A DNA stretch of 24,000 nt from Brevibacillus migulae (GCF_004521915.1 NZ_SDKD01000010.1:44213-68212), one strand, 5' to 3'; shown: positions 1-8,866, numbered from the stretch's first letter. Notes: generated by a model not told the origin, from the sequence alone. Program-made: numbers and translations.

Positions 1-430
1 CTTCCGCATTGGCGCGCGATTCGTCCAGCTTGTTCAAGCATACATACTGGGTCGGTGATTTCGCCAATCGGGCATCGATTTGCACAGCAAGATGTTTTGC
101 CAGCTTGGCGATGTCACCCTCCGGCTTGACCAGCTGTTCAATCAAGGATTCATTCGCACAGGCAATGATCGCCGGCTTTCTCGTATAGCGCGCATAGCAG
201 ATGGCATATAGCAGGTAAACCAATGTTTTTCCTGTTCCTACCCCTGCTTCCGCGAAAATCGTTTTCTTTTCTTGAAATGCTCTTTCCAGCTGGAAAGCCA
301 TATAGATCTGTTCATCCCGAACTTCAAAACCGGCATCGGGCAAAATGTCATAAAATACATCCGCAATCCAATCGCTCACCTGTTGGATAAAGGATTGCGA
401 AGGATCGTACGCAAACGGATAGCGCTCCAC
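1..430 (-). CDS. DinG/Rad3-type ATP-dependent helicase, N-terminal part (gene continues past the left edge)
   Basis: Own translation of the minus strand from GTG at 430, with GGAGGA at 439-444 (8 nt upstream). It reads VERYPFAYDPSQSFIQQVSDWIADVFYDILPDAGFEVRDEQIYMAFQLERAFQEKKTIFAEAGVGTGKTLVYLLYAICYA... and stays open to position 1. The DEQ motif followed by an AGxGTGKT Walker A about 60 aa from the N-terminus is the DinG-family layout. This gene is absent from the supplied ORF track. Confidence 0.7.
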   Translation of the reverse strand, partial: MERYPFAYDPSQSFIQQVSDWIADVFYDILPDAGFEVRDEQIYMAFQLERAFQEKKTIFAEAGVGTGKTLVYLLYAICYARYTRKPAIIACANESLIEQLVKPEGDIAKLAKHLAVQIDARLAKSPTQYVCLNKLDESRANAE

Positions 431-522
431 TTCTGTCGTCCTCCAAGCAAAGGAAAGATGTCTACTCTATCTTTTACAAGTCAAGATTTAATCATTACAC
501 GTTTTTCCAGTGAAATGCAAGC

Positions 523-551
523 AAAAAAACTGCCGTCACTTTCAACGGCAG
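523..551 (-). terminator. Rho-independent terminator downstream of the FAD-oxidase gene
   Basis: On the minus strand: CTGCCGT-tgaaagtg-ACGGCAG followed by TTTTTTT (plus-strand A-run 523-529). It lies 22 nt after the stop at 573. Confidence 0.65.
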
Positions 552-572
552 CGGCAGATGCTTCTATCGGAT

Positions 573-1961
573 TTACTCATTTCCCATTTCGATCACTTTC
601 CCAGGGTTTAAAATATGATTGGGATCAAAGCTTTGCTTGATCATCTTCATCAGGGGCAATGTGTCGGCATGTTCCACTTTCAAATACTTTTTCTTGCCAA
701 TGCCGATACCATGCTCCCCTGTGCAGGTTCCCCCTTTTTGCAGGGCGTACGTCACAATCTTTTCGTTGATCGCCAAAGCTTTTTGCTCTTCTTCGGGATC
801 CCTCTTATCGAACATCAGAATCGAATGAAAGTTCCCATCGCCTACATGGCCGAGAACGCCCCCTGGAATCCCATTTTGATCGATCACTTCACGCGCATAG
901 ACGATTGCACCGCTCAATTCGGAAAGAGGCAGACACACATCCGTCAGCATCATTTCCTTTCCCGGATACCCGTGTTTGAAGGCGTACGCCAGATTATGAC
1001 GTGCCTCCCACAGCTTCGCCCTTTCCTTCGACTCGCTTTCGAACGTGAACTGATCACTTCCATGTCCCTCGAGCAGCTCAGTCGCAAAATCCACATCTTG
1101 CTTTAACCCCGCTTCATTTCCGTGGAATTCGAGAAACAAGGTAGGCTTTTCGGGATAATTGGTTTCGCTGTGCTTGTTGACTTGCTTTATCGAGACAGGG
1201 TCGACCAATTCCACACGTCCGATGGAGATACCTGCGGAAAGCAAGGCGATCGCCGCATCGACCGCTTCTTTCACCGTTGGAAACGTAGCTCGCCCCGCTA
1301 CCATCGTTTCGGGTATGCCGTAAACCTTCACCGTGATTTCTGTAAACACGCCAAGCGTCCCTTCCGAACCGACAAAGAGGCTTGTCAAATGATAGCCAGA
1401 GGAAGATTTGGCCGCCAGTCCGCCTGTATGGATGACGGAACCGTCCGCAAGCACAACCTCGAGATCCCTCACCTGATCCCGCATGATTCCATAGCGGACG
1501 CTCATGGTTCCGCTTGCATTTGTAGCCGCCATCCCGCCTAGAGAAGCGTCCGCACCGGGATCGACGGGGAAAAACAAACCGTATTTCTTTAACGCCTGAT
1601 TGAGCTGGGTTCGGGTGACACCGGGCTGTACACGGACCAGGAAATCTTCTACGCGGACTTCAAGGATTTGATTCATCTGCGAAAAGTCGAGGGAAATTCC
1701 ACCCTTAAGCGGTACACAATGCCCTTCCAAGCTGGATCCAGCGCCAAAAGGCACAACAGGTATTTTATGTTCATTTGCGTATTTCAGGATCGCAGACACT
1801 TCTTCCGTCGATACAGGGAAAACGACCACATCCGGCATGACAGGAGTATGGTGCGACTCATCCTTGCTGTGAAGAGCCAGTACTGATTCACTCGTGGTGG
1901 CCCGATCGTCTGCTGTCAGTTGTTTCAAATCGAATAGAAGCGTTTCAGGAAATGGTTTCAC
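573..1961 (-). CDS. FAD-binding oxidoreductase, GlcD / D-lactate dehydrogenase (FAD_binding_4 plus FAD-oxidase_C) family
   Basis: The track ORF is 573..2063. Family-typical stretches are PDVVVFPVSTEEVSAILKYANEHKIPVVPFGAGSSLEGH, GGMAATNASG, FVGSEGTLGVFTEITVKV and the C-terminal GEHGIGIGKKKY...DPNHILNPGKV. The TTG at 2063 has no SD. The GTG at 1961 is preceded by GGAGGGA with 6-nt spacing and gives about 462 aa, the typical family size, so I take it as the start. Confidence 0.85.
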   Translation of the reverse strand: MKPFPETLLFDLKQLTADDRATTSESVLALHSKDESHHTPVMPDVVVFPVSTEEVSAILKYANEHKIPVVPFGAGSSLEGHCVPLKGGISLDFSQMNQILEVRVEDFLVRVQPGVTRTQLNQALKKYGLFFPVDPGADASLGGMAATNASGTMSVRYGIMRDQVRDLEVVLADGSVIHTGGLAAKSSSGYHLTSLFVGSEGTLGVFTEITVKVYGIPETMVAGRATFPTVKEAVDAAIALLSAGISIGRVELVDPVSIKQVNKHSETNYPEKPTLFLEFHGNEAGLKQDVDFATELLEGHGSDQFTFESESKERAKLWEARHNLAYAFKHGYPGKEMMLTDVCLPLSELSGAIVYAREVIDQNGIPGGVLGHVGDGNFHSILMFDKRDPEEEQKALAINEKIVTYALQKGGTCTGEHGIGIGKKKYLKVEHADTLPLMKMIKQSFDPNHILNPGKVIEMGNE

Positions 1962-2070
1962 CGCACATCCCTCCGTATGAATAGGTTCCATCATGAACTC
2001 ATCATACCATTCGTTACCAGGAATGTCTTGCGAACAGCCTGAACATTGGTAAGTGGCTGACAAAAGAACG

Positions 2071-3219
2071 CTACCATTCGGCTACCGAGCCATCCGCATG
2101 GCGCCAGACAGGATTTTTCCAATCATGTCCTTCCGCCGCTGCTTGCTTAACCCGTGCTTCGTTGATCTCGATGCCAAGTCCGGTCCCCTGGGGAATCGAG
2201 ACAAAGCCGTCCTTGTAAGCGAAAACGCCTGGGTCTGCCAGGTAATCGAGCAAATCGCTGCCTTGATTGTAATGGATACCCAAGCTTTGCTCCTGAATGA
2301 TCGCATTGGGCGTACACGCATCCAGCTGTAAGCAAGAAGCGAGGGCAATCGGTCCGAGCGGGCAATGCGGGGCGACGGATACGTCAAACGCCTCGGCCAT
2401 CGCCGCGATTTTTTTCCCTTCCAAAATGCCGCCTGCATGCGATAAATCCGGTTGGATGATATCGACATAACCGTCGATTAGCAGCTGCTTAAATCCCCAC
2501 CGTGTATATTGCCGTTCCCCGGTTGCGATCGGCGTGGTGGTATAACGAGCGATCTCCCGCAAAGCCTCATTGTTTTCTGGAAGAACTGGCTCTTCGATAA
2601 ACATCGGGCGATAAGGGTCCAGCTCTTTCACCAGTATTTTCGCCATCGATTTATGTACCCTGCCGTGAAAATCCATCCCAATGCCTATCTCTTTTCCGAC
2701 CGCCTCGCGAACAGCTGCGATTCGACTGACCGCAGCTTCTACTTTCGAAAAGGAGTCGATGTAGTCCATTTCCTCTGTCGCATTCATCTTGACTGCCGTA
2801 AACCCTGCCGCCGCTTTTTCTCTCGCGGCTTCCGCTACATCATGAGGACGATCTCCCCCGATCCATGAGTAAATCCGTATCTTTTCCCGCGCCGCCCCTC
2901 CAAGCATCTCGTAAACCGGCATGTTGTACCATTTTCCCTTGATGTCCCAGAGAGCCTGCTCGATTCCGGAAAGGGCGCTGCTTAAAATCGGGCCACCGCG
3001 GTAGAAGCCGCCGCGATACAATACCTGCCAATGGTCCTCGATCGGCAGCGGATCTTTCCCTAGCAAATAGCTGGCCAATTCGTTCACGCAGGCGGCGACG
3101 GTATCTGCCCGTCCCTCCACGATGGGTTCGCCCCACCCCGAAATGCCTTCGTCTGTCTCGATTTTCAAAAACAGCCAGCGAGGTGGCACTTTGTACAGGT
3201 GCAAATTTGTGATTTTCAT
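2071..3219 (-). CDS. dgoD: D-galactonate dehydratase (enolase superfamily)
   Basis: 382 aa. The N-terminus MKITNLHLYKVPPRWLFLKIETDEGISGWGEPIVEGRADTV...FYRGGPILSSALSGIEQALWDIKGK closely parallels what I recall of E. coli DgoD, which is the same length. AGGAG SD upstream of the ATG at 3219. Confidence 0.88.
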   Translation of the reverse strand: MKITNLHLYKVPPRWLFLKIETDEGISGWGEPIVEGRADTVAACVNELASYLLGKDPLPIEDHWQVLYRGGFYRGGPILSSALSGIEQALWDIKGKWYNMPVYEMLGGAAREKIRIYSWIGGDRPHDVAEAAREKAAAGFTAVKMNATEEMDYIDSFSKVEAAVSRIAAVREAVGKEIGIGMDFHGRVHKSMAKILVKELDPYRPMFIEEPVLPENNEALREIARYTTTPIATGERQYTRWGFKQLLIDGYVDIIQPDLSHAGGILEGKKIAAMAEAFDVSVAPHCPLGPIALASCLQLDACTPNAIIQEQSLGIHYNQGSDLLDYLADPGVFAYKDGFVSIPQGTGLGIEINEARVKQAAAEGHDWKNPVWRHADGSVAEW

Positions 3220-3265
3220 CAGCGACGCTCCTTTCCGTCTCGAAAAAGATAGGTCCTAGTCCCGA

Positions 3266-4168
3266 TTACTGATCGTTTCGAACGACAGCGTGACCGCCGA
3301 ATTCATTGCGCAGGGCAGCCACGACTTTTCCTGAGAAGGTATCCTCCTGCAGCGAGCGATAGCGCATCATCAGCGACAATGCGATGACAGGTGTAGCAAT
3401 CTGGTGGTCAAGCGCGGTCTCGACGGTCCATTTTCCTTCCCCGGAGGAATGCATGACGCCGCGGATTCCGTCCAATCGGGCATCTTTGCGGAATGCCTGC
3501 TGTACCAGCTCCATCAGCCAGCTGCGAATGACCGATCCATGATTCCACACCCCGGCAACTTTCTCATAATCAAACGAAAACGGGCCTTTTTCCAATACTT
3601 CAAAGCCTTCTGCGATCGATTGCATCATCCCGTATTCGATACCGTTGTGCACCATTTTCAGAAAATGTCCGCTTCCGGATTCTCCAGCGTACAGATAGCC
3701 ATCCGGAACGGATATCAGCTTGCATATGTTCTCTATTTTGCGGAACGCTTCCTCCCGCCCGCCTACCATCAGGCACAGACCGTTCAATGCTCCGCTTGTT
3801 CCGCCGCTTGTCCCCGCATCCAAAAAGTCGATTCCCCTCTCGGCTAGGGAAGAAGCTCTGCGAATCGAATCTTGGTAGTGTGAATTTCCGCCATCTAGGA
3901 CAATATCTCCTGCTTGCAAATAGGGTTGAAGCGACTCGAGCACTTCATCGACGACGGTGCCTGCCGGAATCATCATCCAAAAGGCGCGAGGGGCTGGAAG
4001 GGTCTTTGCGAATGACTCCATGCTTTCAAATACTTCGATCCCATAACCGGCCGCTTCTTCACGGCGAGCAGCGTCGATCTCAAACGCAGTAACCGCAATA
4101 TCGTGGTTCAACAGATTCCGTGCCAAATTCAATCCCATTTTGCCTAATCCGATTACACCAATATGCAT
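3266..4168 (-). CDS. gnd: 6-phosphogluconate dehydrogenase (decarboxylating), short ~300-aa Gnd/YqeC-like form
   Basis: 300 aa. Rossmann N-terminus MHIGVIGLGKMGLNLARNL. Motifs DGGNSHY, GTSGG, GESGSGHFLKMVHNGIEYGMMQ and SVIRSWL. GGAGGGA SD 5 nt before the ATG at 4168. Confidence 0.85.
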   Translation of the reverse strand: MHIGVIGLGKMGLNLARNLLNHDIAVTAFEIDAARREEAAGYGIEVFESMESFAKTLPAPRAFWMMIPAGTVVDEVLESLQPYLQAGDIVLDGGNSHYQDSIRRASSLAERGIDFLDAGTSGGTSGALNGLCLMVGGREEAFRKIENICKLISVPDGYLYAGESGSGHFLKMVHNGIEYGMMQSIAEGFEVLEKGPFSFDYEKVAGVWNHGSVIRSWLMELVQQAFRKDARLDGIRGVMHSSGEGKWTVETALDHQIATPVIALSLMMRYRSLQEDTFSGKVVAALRNEFGGHAVVRNDQ

Positions 4169-4188
4169 ATGTATCCCTCCATTTTTTA

Positions 4189-5724
4189 TTATCGGTTTCG
4201 CTGATAATCAGCTAATGCGGCCATTTCCCGCATGGTATTTTCATAGAGTCGTTCATACACCGGAAAAAGCTGCGCATACTTCGCCTGATTGTCCGGATCG
4301 GGTACAGTCTTGTCTGCTACGCCAATTAGCTTTTTGCATGCAGCTAGGCTATCGATGGCGCCCACCGCGTGAAAGGCTAGCAACGCCGCCCCCAAGCTGG
4401 AGCTTTCGTGATTGTCCGGGACAGCTACGGGAACGCCAAACATATCGGCCAACATCTGCCTCCAGACTGCGGAACGGGCAAACCCTCCGGATGCTCTGAT
4501 TTCTCGCGCCTCGCCAGCAAGCTCGCCAAGCACATGCGATACTTGATAGACAGCAAATAGAATCCCCTCCAGCACCGCCCGTATGAAATGCTCTCGCTGA
4601 TGATGGAGCGCAATACCGAAAAAGCTGCCTCGCGCATCCGCATTCCAATGAGGCGCGCGTTCCCCTGTCAAATAAGGCAAAAACAATAGCCCCTGCGCTC
4701 CTGCTTCTACCTGCGAAGCTTTTTTCAGCAGCAGATCGTAGGGATCCTCCCCTGTACTCACAGCCTGTTCCGCCTCAGCAGCGCCAAACTGATCGCGAAA
4801 CCAGCGCAGCGCCAGTCCGCCGTTATTCGTCGCACCGCCGATTACCCATTTGTTTTCCGTCAGCAAATAGCAAAACGTCCGTCCAGTCGGGTCAGTCAAA
4901 GGTCGCTCGACAACCGTGCGCACGGCGCCGCTTGTACCAATCGTGACGGCGATCTGGTCTGGTTCCACAGCCCCCACTCCAAGATTGGCAAGAACGCCGT
5001 CACTCGCTCCCACAACAAAAGGTGTTTCAGGCAGCAATCCAACCTTTGAGGCGATCTCTCCTTTTAGCCCGCGCAATACATGGGTGACAGCAACCGGTTC
5101 GCTTAGCTTATCGCGGGTGATCCCGGCTGTCTGCAGCGCTACTTCATCCCAATCCAGCTTACGGATGTCGAACAAGCCCGTAGCAGATGCGATCGAATGA
5201 TCAACCACATACACCCCGAACAGCTTGTGAAGCACGTACTCTTTAATCGATATGAACTTGGCCGCGCGCGAAAACACATCCGGACGTGATTCTTTGATCC
5301 ACATGAGCTTGGTTAAGGGTGTCATCGGGTGAATCGGCGTTCCTGTACGGTGATAGATGTGCAACCCCTCTTCACCTCTCAGCCTGGCTGCATGCGCAAC
5401 ACTTCGATTGTCCGCCCAGATGATGCTGTTGGTCAGTGGGTTTCCCTCCGCATCCGTGGCAATGATACTGTGCATGGCCGAGCTCAGTCCGACTGACGCG
5501 ATCTCATGCGGGCGAATGTCTGCCCGCACCGTAGCCTCATGCAACGCATGCAAAACCGCAGCAAAGATCGCGTCAGGCTCCTGCTCAGCCCAGCCCGCTT
5601 CCGGCACGAGGATCGGATAGTCTGCATTGCCAATTCCCCGTACTTCTCCACGCAGCGTATATACAACCGCTTTTGTACTTGTCGTTCCGATATCTACCCC
5701 GATGGCATAGGATTGATTGATCAA
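4189..5724 (-). CDS. gntK: Gluconokinase (FGGY carbohydrate kinase family)
   Basis: The track ORF is 4189..5733 (514 aa). It shows IGVDIGTTSTKAVVY, GTSGA and FGGY C-terminal motifs, and matches the B. subtilis GntK size class. The GTG at 5733 abuts the GAGGAG SD. The TTG at 5724 has 7-nt spacing and gives MINQSYAIGVDIGTTS, so it is the preferred start. Confidence 0.85.
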   Translation of the reverse strand: MINQSYAIGVDIGTTSTKAVVYTLRGEVRGIGNADYPILVPEAGWAEQEPDAIFAAVLHALHEATVRADIRPHEIASVGLSSAMHSIIATDAEGNPLTNSIIWADNRSVAHAARLRGEEGLHIYHRTGTPIHPMTPLTKLMWIKESRPDVFSRAAKFISIKEYVLHKLFGVYVVDHSIASATGLFDIRKLDWDEVALQTAGITRDKLSEPVAVTHVLRGLKGEIASKVGLLPETPFVVGASDGVLANLGVGAVEPDQIAVTIGTSGAVRTVVERPLTDPTGRTFCYLLTENKWVIGGATNNGGLALRWFRDQFGAAEAEQAVSTGEDPYDLLLKKASQVEAGAQGLLFLPYLTGERAPHWNADARGSFFGIALHHQREHFIRAVLEGILFAVYQVSHVLGELAGEAREIRASGGFARSAVWRQMLADMFGVPVAVPDNHESSSLGAALLAFHAVGAIDSLAACKKLIGVADKTVPDPDNQAKYAQLFPVYERLYENTMREMAALADYQRNR

Positions 5725-5757
5725 AGGGCTCACTCCTCGTACTCTGTTTCGAAAATG

Positions 5758-6630
5758 CTAGAGCCGTTTCAATGAGATGGCTTGACGAATCTTGGAGATG
5801 TTGGCAACCGTCTCGTCCTGGCGACGGAACGAGACCGCTACGTACAGCACATCGATTAAGGTAAGCTGCGCCAGTCTGGAAGACAGCGCCTCCGTGCGAA
5901 ACGCCGTCTCTCTGGAGGCGGTAAACAACGCAAAATCCGCCTGTCTGACGAGGGGGGATCGCCGATATCCCGTCACCGCGATCACCGTGGCGCCAGCGGC
6001 CTTCGCTAGCTTCGCCGCTTCCAAAATATCCTTGTTGGAGCCGGAATGAGAGAACACGATCACGACATCCCCTTCTTGTAGCAAAGCTGCGGACATCAGC
6101 TGAAAATGGCTGTCAGCATGGCATGCAACGGGAATTCCTGTCCGCATAAACTTATGGCAGGCGTCCTGGGCGATTGCGGCTGAGCCTCCCGTTCCGTAAA
6201 ACTCGATGCGCTTTGCGGCAGCTAATCGCTCAATGACCGCTGCCAACGTTTCGTGTTGATCTTTGGTAATCTGCAAGGTGTCCTGCAGCGTTTCAATGTC
6301 GGCCATGAAAATTTTTTCCGCGAGTGAGAGGGCATTATCCTCCGGGAGGACTTCCTGATAGATTTGCTGCTGCGGACTTACGATTTCACTGGCCAAGGCG
6401 ATTTTGAAAGCTTGGTAGCCTTGAAAACGCAGACGTCGGCACAAGCGAAAAACGGTCGCTTCTGCACACCCGCATCGATCTGCCAACGCCGTGATGGATT
6501 GATGGATGATTTCATCCGGACGCTCGAGAATATAGTCAGCGATCTGCTGTTCCTTAAGGCTCAATTGCGGGTACATGCTGCGCAGTTGGATGAGTACGCT
6601 TTTTGGGGTGTTCGAGGATTGTTGAGACAT
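5758..6630 (-). CDS. RpiR/MurR-family transcriptional regulator (N-terminal HTH_6 plus C-terminal SIS domain)
   Basis: LKEQQIADYILERPDEIIHQSITALADRCGCAEATVFRLCRRL is the RpiR HTH. FYGTGGSAAIAQDACHKF...VVIVFSHSGSNKD is the SIS domain. The track ORF extends to 6693. The ATG at 6630 (MSQQSSNTPK...) gives 290 aa and leaves room for the promoter. Confidence 0.85.
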   Translation of the reverse strand: MSQQSSNTPKSVLIQLRSMYPQLSLKEQQIADYILERPDEIIHQSITALADRCGCAEATVFRLCRRLRFQGYQAFKIALASEIVSPQQQIYQEVLPEDNALSLAEKIFMADIETLQDTLQITKDQHETLAAVIERLAAAKRIEFYGTGGSAAIAQDACHKFMRTGIPVACHADSHFQLMSAALLQEGDVVIVFSHSGSNKDILEAAKLAKAAGATVIAVTGYRRSPLVRQADFALFTASRETAFRTEALSSRLAQLTLIDVLYVAVSFRRQDETVANISKIRQAISLKRL

Positions 6631-6672
6631 GACGGCTACACCTGCTTTAGTCCGAATACATTTCTTTCCTTC

Positions 6673-6701
6673 AGTATAGAAAATTATTTTCATGACGTCA
6701 T
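6673..6701 (-). promoter_or_regulatory. Candidate sigma-A promoter of the rpiR-gntK-gnd-dgoD operon, overlapped by a 10-bp palindrome
   Basis: Minus strand: ATGACG (-35, 6696-6701), 17 nt, TATACT (-10, 6673-6678), about 45 nt upstream of the ATG at 6630. The palindrome ATGACGTCAT (6692-6701) covers the -35 element. Confidence 0.35.
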
Positions 6702-6860
6702 CATCAGAAAGAAAATTTTTTCAACAAAGAAATGGATCGTCCAAAATGCTTTTTCATGGAAAATAAATTCGAAGACTGATGTCGCTGCTTTCACGCAGTA
6801 TCTGTGTATGAAAAGCAGTTACTTTCGAACGATGAGTATGGGACAATTCGATCCTGCCAT

Positions 6861-6902
6861 ATAAAATGCCAGTCAAAACACGATAAAAAGTGTCAGACTG
6901 GC
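6861..6902 (-). terminator. Possible terminator hairpin in the doxX 3' region
   Basis: Minus strand: GCCAGTC...GACTGGC (7-bp outer stem, inner ACAC/GTGT pairs) followed by ATTTTAT. It lies about 160 nt after the doxX stop, so the assignment is tentative. Confidence 0.3.
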
Positions 6903-7059
6903 TTCGTTTATTGAACGCTGGTACCCAATCGTTCAGTATGCTTCTATTCCCCACTATCCCAAGTATAGGACAACCGATGTGGTGCCCTCCTAAATACGAT
7001 TTTATGTAGTAGAAATCTGTCGGTAGCACAAAGGGATAGCCGTTAATTTTACCTCCTCC

Positions 7060-7482
7060 CTAAAGTTTGCGGCTCTTCGGACGCAGCGCCCACGAGGCAA
7101 AATTGAGTGCAGCGTATGAAAGCGGAAGGATGATTGGAAACCCGTTATCACCATAATCGTTAGCAAACGCATGAGACAAAGCCGCACCAGTCATTAAAAA
7201 GAAGATGCCTGCGTGAACCCATTCTTTAAGCCGGGGAAAACCTGGCACGACGAGAGCGATAGCTCCAAGCACTTTCCAAACCCCGAGAATGGTCAAGACG
7301 TATAATGGGTAACCAAGATTCGTCACTAACTCAATGTTTCCCCCAAACTGCATCAGTTGCCCGATACCACTTAACAAAACAGACGCTGCGAGTAGGAATG
7401 TGACTGTCCAATAAGCAATCTTTTTTCCTTGGGGCAGGGTTTCTACTTTCGCGGTTGTTTCCGCACCGATAGTCTTACTCAT
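7060..7482 (-). CDS. DoxX-family integral membrane protein
   Basis: 140 aa from the ATG at 7482, with GGAGGAGG SD 6 nt upstream. There are four hydrophobic helices. LLAASVLLSGIGQLMQ...YPLYVLTILGVWKVLGAIALVVPGFPRLKEWVHAGIFFLMTGAALSH is a typical DoxX pattern. The track ORF starts at a TTG at 7509. Confidence 0.75.
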   Translation of the reverse strand: MSKTIGAETTAKVETLPQGKKIAYWTVTFLLAASVLLSGIGQLMQFGGNIELVTNLGYPLYVLTILGVWKVLGAIALVVPGFPRLKEWVHAGIFFLMTGAALSHAFANDYGDNGFPIILPLSYAALNFASWALRPKSRKL

Positions 7483-7559
7483 TTGTTTCCTCCTCCTACA
7501 TGGTTTCAAAGTATTCCCTATTCAGGTTCCAAACTTTTCAAATGATGAATTTATAATCG

Positions 7560-7611
7560 GACACCAAATGGTGTCTATTTGATAATAAGACACCATTTGG
7601 TGTCCTGTCAA
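7560..7611 (-). promoter_or_regulatory. doxX promoter with two perfect 16-bp palindromic operators
   Basis: Minus strand: TTGACA (7606-7611), 18 nt, TATTAT (7582-7587). The palindrome GACACCAAATGGTGTC (7589-7604) fills the spacer. A second copy, GACACCATTTGGTGTC (7560-7575), lies 29 bp centre-to-centre downstream, inside a second hexamer pair TAGACA-N16-TATAAA. Confidence 0.7.
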
Positions 7612-7710
7612 CACATCTTTTAGCACTGCATCAAACCCATAGCCAGCGTCCTTGTGTCTAAAGAAAATTAAGTATTAGACTGCGACCTTCGTTAAAGCAA
7701 GTACGACCAC

Positions 7711-7748
7711 AAAAAAAGGAGGCCTGACCAGTAAGTTCTGGTGACCTC
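7711..7748 (-). terminator. Rho-independent terminator of the MetX-like hydrolase gene
   Basis: Minus strand: GAGGTCACCAG-aactta-CTGGTCAGGCCTC (imperfect stem) followed by TTTTTTT. It lies about 100 nt after the stop at 7847. Confidence 0.5.
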
Positions 7749-7846
7749 AACTACGATCGTTTAGGTTATTCATTCATGAGAGAAATAACTGGGCTGATGA
7801 TTGCGAGTCTTGCTATGCCTGACATAACATCCAATGCCAATCAGAT

Positions 7847-8866
7847 CTATCCTTTTGCGCTAAGTGCCAACAAGTGTTTTAGGTTATCATCAATAAATTG
7901 ATTATCGGCACTGTTGATTCCGCGACCGGCAAAATGGCCCCAGATCGACTGGATTGGGTTAAAGACAGCATTAGGTATAAGCTTAGCTTCGTATTCATTA
8001 TCGCCAGCTGTGCAGAAGAGATCCGTGCTCCCCGGCATAATGCAGGCAAGAGCTTTAATGCTCTTAAGCGCCTTATCGAAATCTCCGTTATAGGAGGGGT
8101 TTGCACTAATATCTGCATGTTGGCCTGTCCATAACATGGCCAGGACATTATGCGGATCCATTTTCATAAAGCTATCTTCCCAGACGCCAGCCACAAAATC
8201 TTCCAAGGAGTCAAATCCCAGCTCACGATAAAGCTCCTCTCTATAAAACGCATGCGATAATCCCCATCCCGCATAGACCCGGCCAACGGCGCGCATGTCT
8301 GCAGAAGTCAACTGGTCCAGTTTACTTGAATCGAAGCTAACTGCAGCCAGCAGCGCAGCTTTCATACCGTCCAGGACCACATATGTATGGGGCCAAGGCT
8401 TGGCAATTCCCGCGAAAGGTGCAATTCGCTCCACCATCTCTGGATAACTTGCACCCCATTGAAATGCCTGAATGCCTCCCATGGACCATCCAACTACGAG
8501 CGCAATCTTTTGAATGCTGAATTTTTCGGTCACCAGCCGATGCTGTAATCTAACGTTGTCATAGATGGTTACCTGCGGAAAATGAGCCCGATCGAATGGA
8601 GGAGACGTGTTACTGGGAGACGAAGATAATCCGTTGCCCAGCAGATTTGGAACGATAATAAAATATTTCTCAGGATCCAGTGCCATCCCGCTGCCAATCA
8701 GCCATTCATTCTGAACATGCTGGTCACCAAAAGCAGTTGGATAGATGATGACATTATCTTTCTGTTCATTTAATTTTCCATAAGTCTTATAAGCAAGAAA
8801 AGTGCTTGGTAACGTCACTCCTGATTGCAAGGTTACATCACCCAAATTAAAAATCTCATAATCCAT
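7847..8866 (-). CDS. Alpha/beta-fold hydrolase of the homoserine O-acetyltransferase (MetX) family
   Basis: 339 aa from the ATG at 8866 (MDYEIFNLGDVTLQSGVTLPSTFLAYKTYGKLNEQKDNVIIYPTAFG...). The nucleophile elbow is VVGWSMGGIQAF (GxSxG). The overall MetX-like N-terminal pattern is F.L..G..L....AY.TYG.LN. The track ORF starts at 8899. Confidence 0.7.
   Translation of the reverse strand: MDYEIFNLGDVTLQSGVTLPSTFLAYKTYGKLNEQKDNVIIYPTAFGDQHVQNEWLIGSGMALDPEKYFIIVPNLLGNGLSSSPSNTSPPFDRAHFPQVTIYDNVRLQHRLVTEKFSIQKIALVVGWSMGGIQAFQWGASYPEMVERIAPFAGIAKPWPHTYVVLDGMKAALLAAVSFDSSKLDQLTSADMRAVGRVYAGWGLSHAFYREELYRELGFDSLEDFVAGVWEDSFMKMDPHNVLAMLWTGQHADISANPSYNGDFDKALKSIKALACIMPGSTDLFCTAGDNEYEAKLIPNAVFNPIQSIWGHFAGRGINSADNQFIDDNLKHLLALSAKG

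Noticed and set aside
615-1106. 163-aa and other plus-strand ORFs (272..640, 619..828, 1122..1541) overlapping the FAD oxidase and helicase genes
   Set aside because: They are antisense to well-supported genes. ORF 272..640 also runs through the terminator at 523-551. None has a ribosome-binding site.
1962-2063. N-terminal extension of the FAD oxidase containing a C-x2-C (QCSGCSQ) that could look like a metal-binding motif
   Set aside because: It depends on a TTG start with no SD, only 8 nt from the dgoD stop. An internal GTG at 1961 has a strong GGAGGGA SD and yields the normal family length. The extension is most likely untranslated spacer.
6754-7029. 91-aa minus-strand ORF (and 7002..7187) in the rpiR-doxX intergenic region
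   Set aside because: It has no SD, its composition is unlike neighbouring genes, and it overlaps the candidate doxX terminator hairpin and the doxX 3' end. I treat it as a chance ORF.
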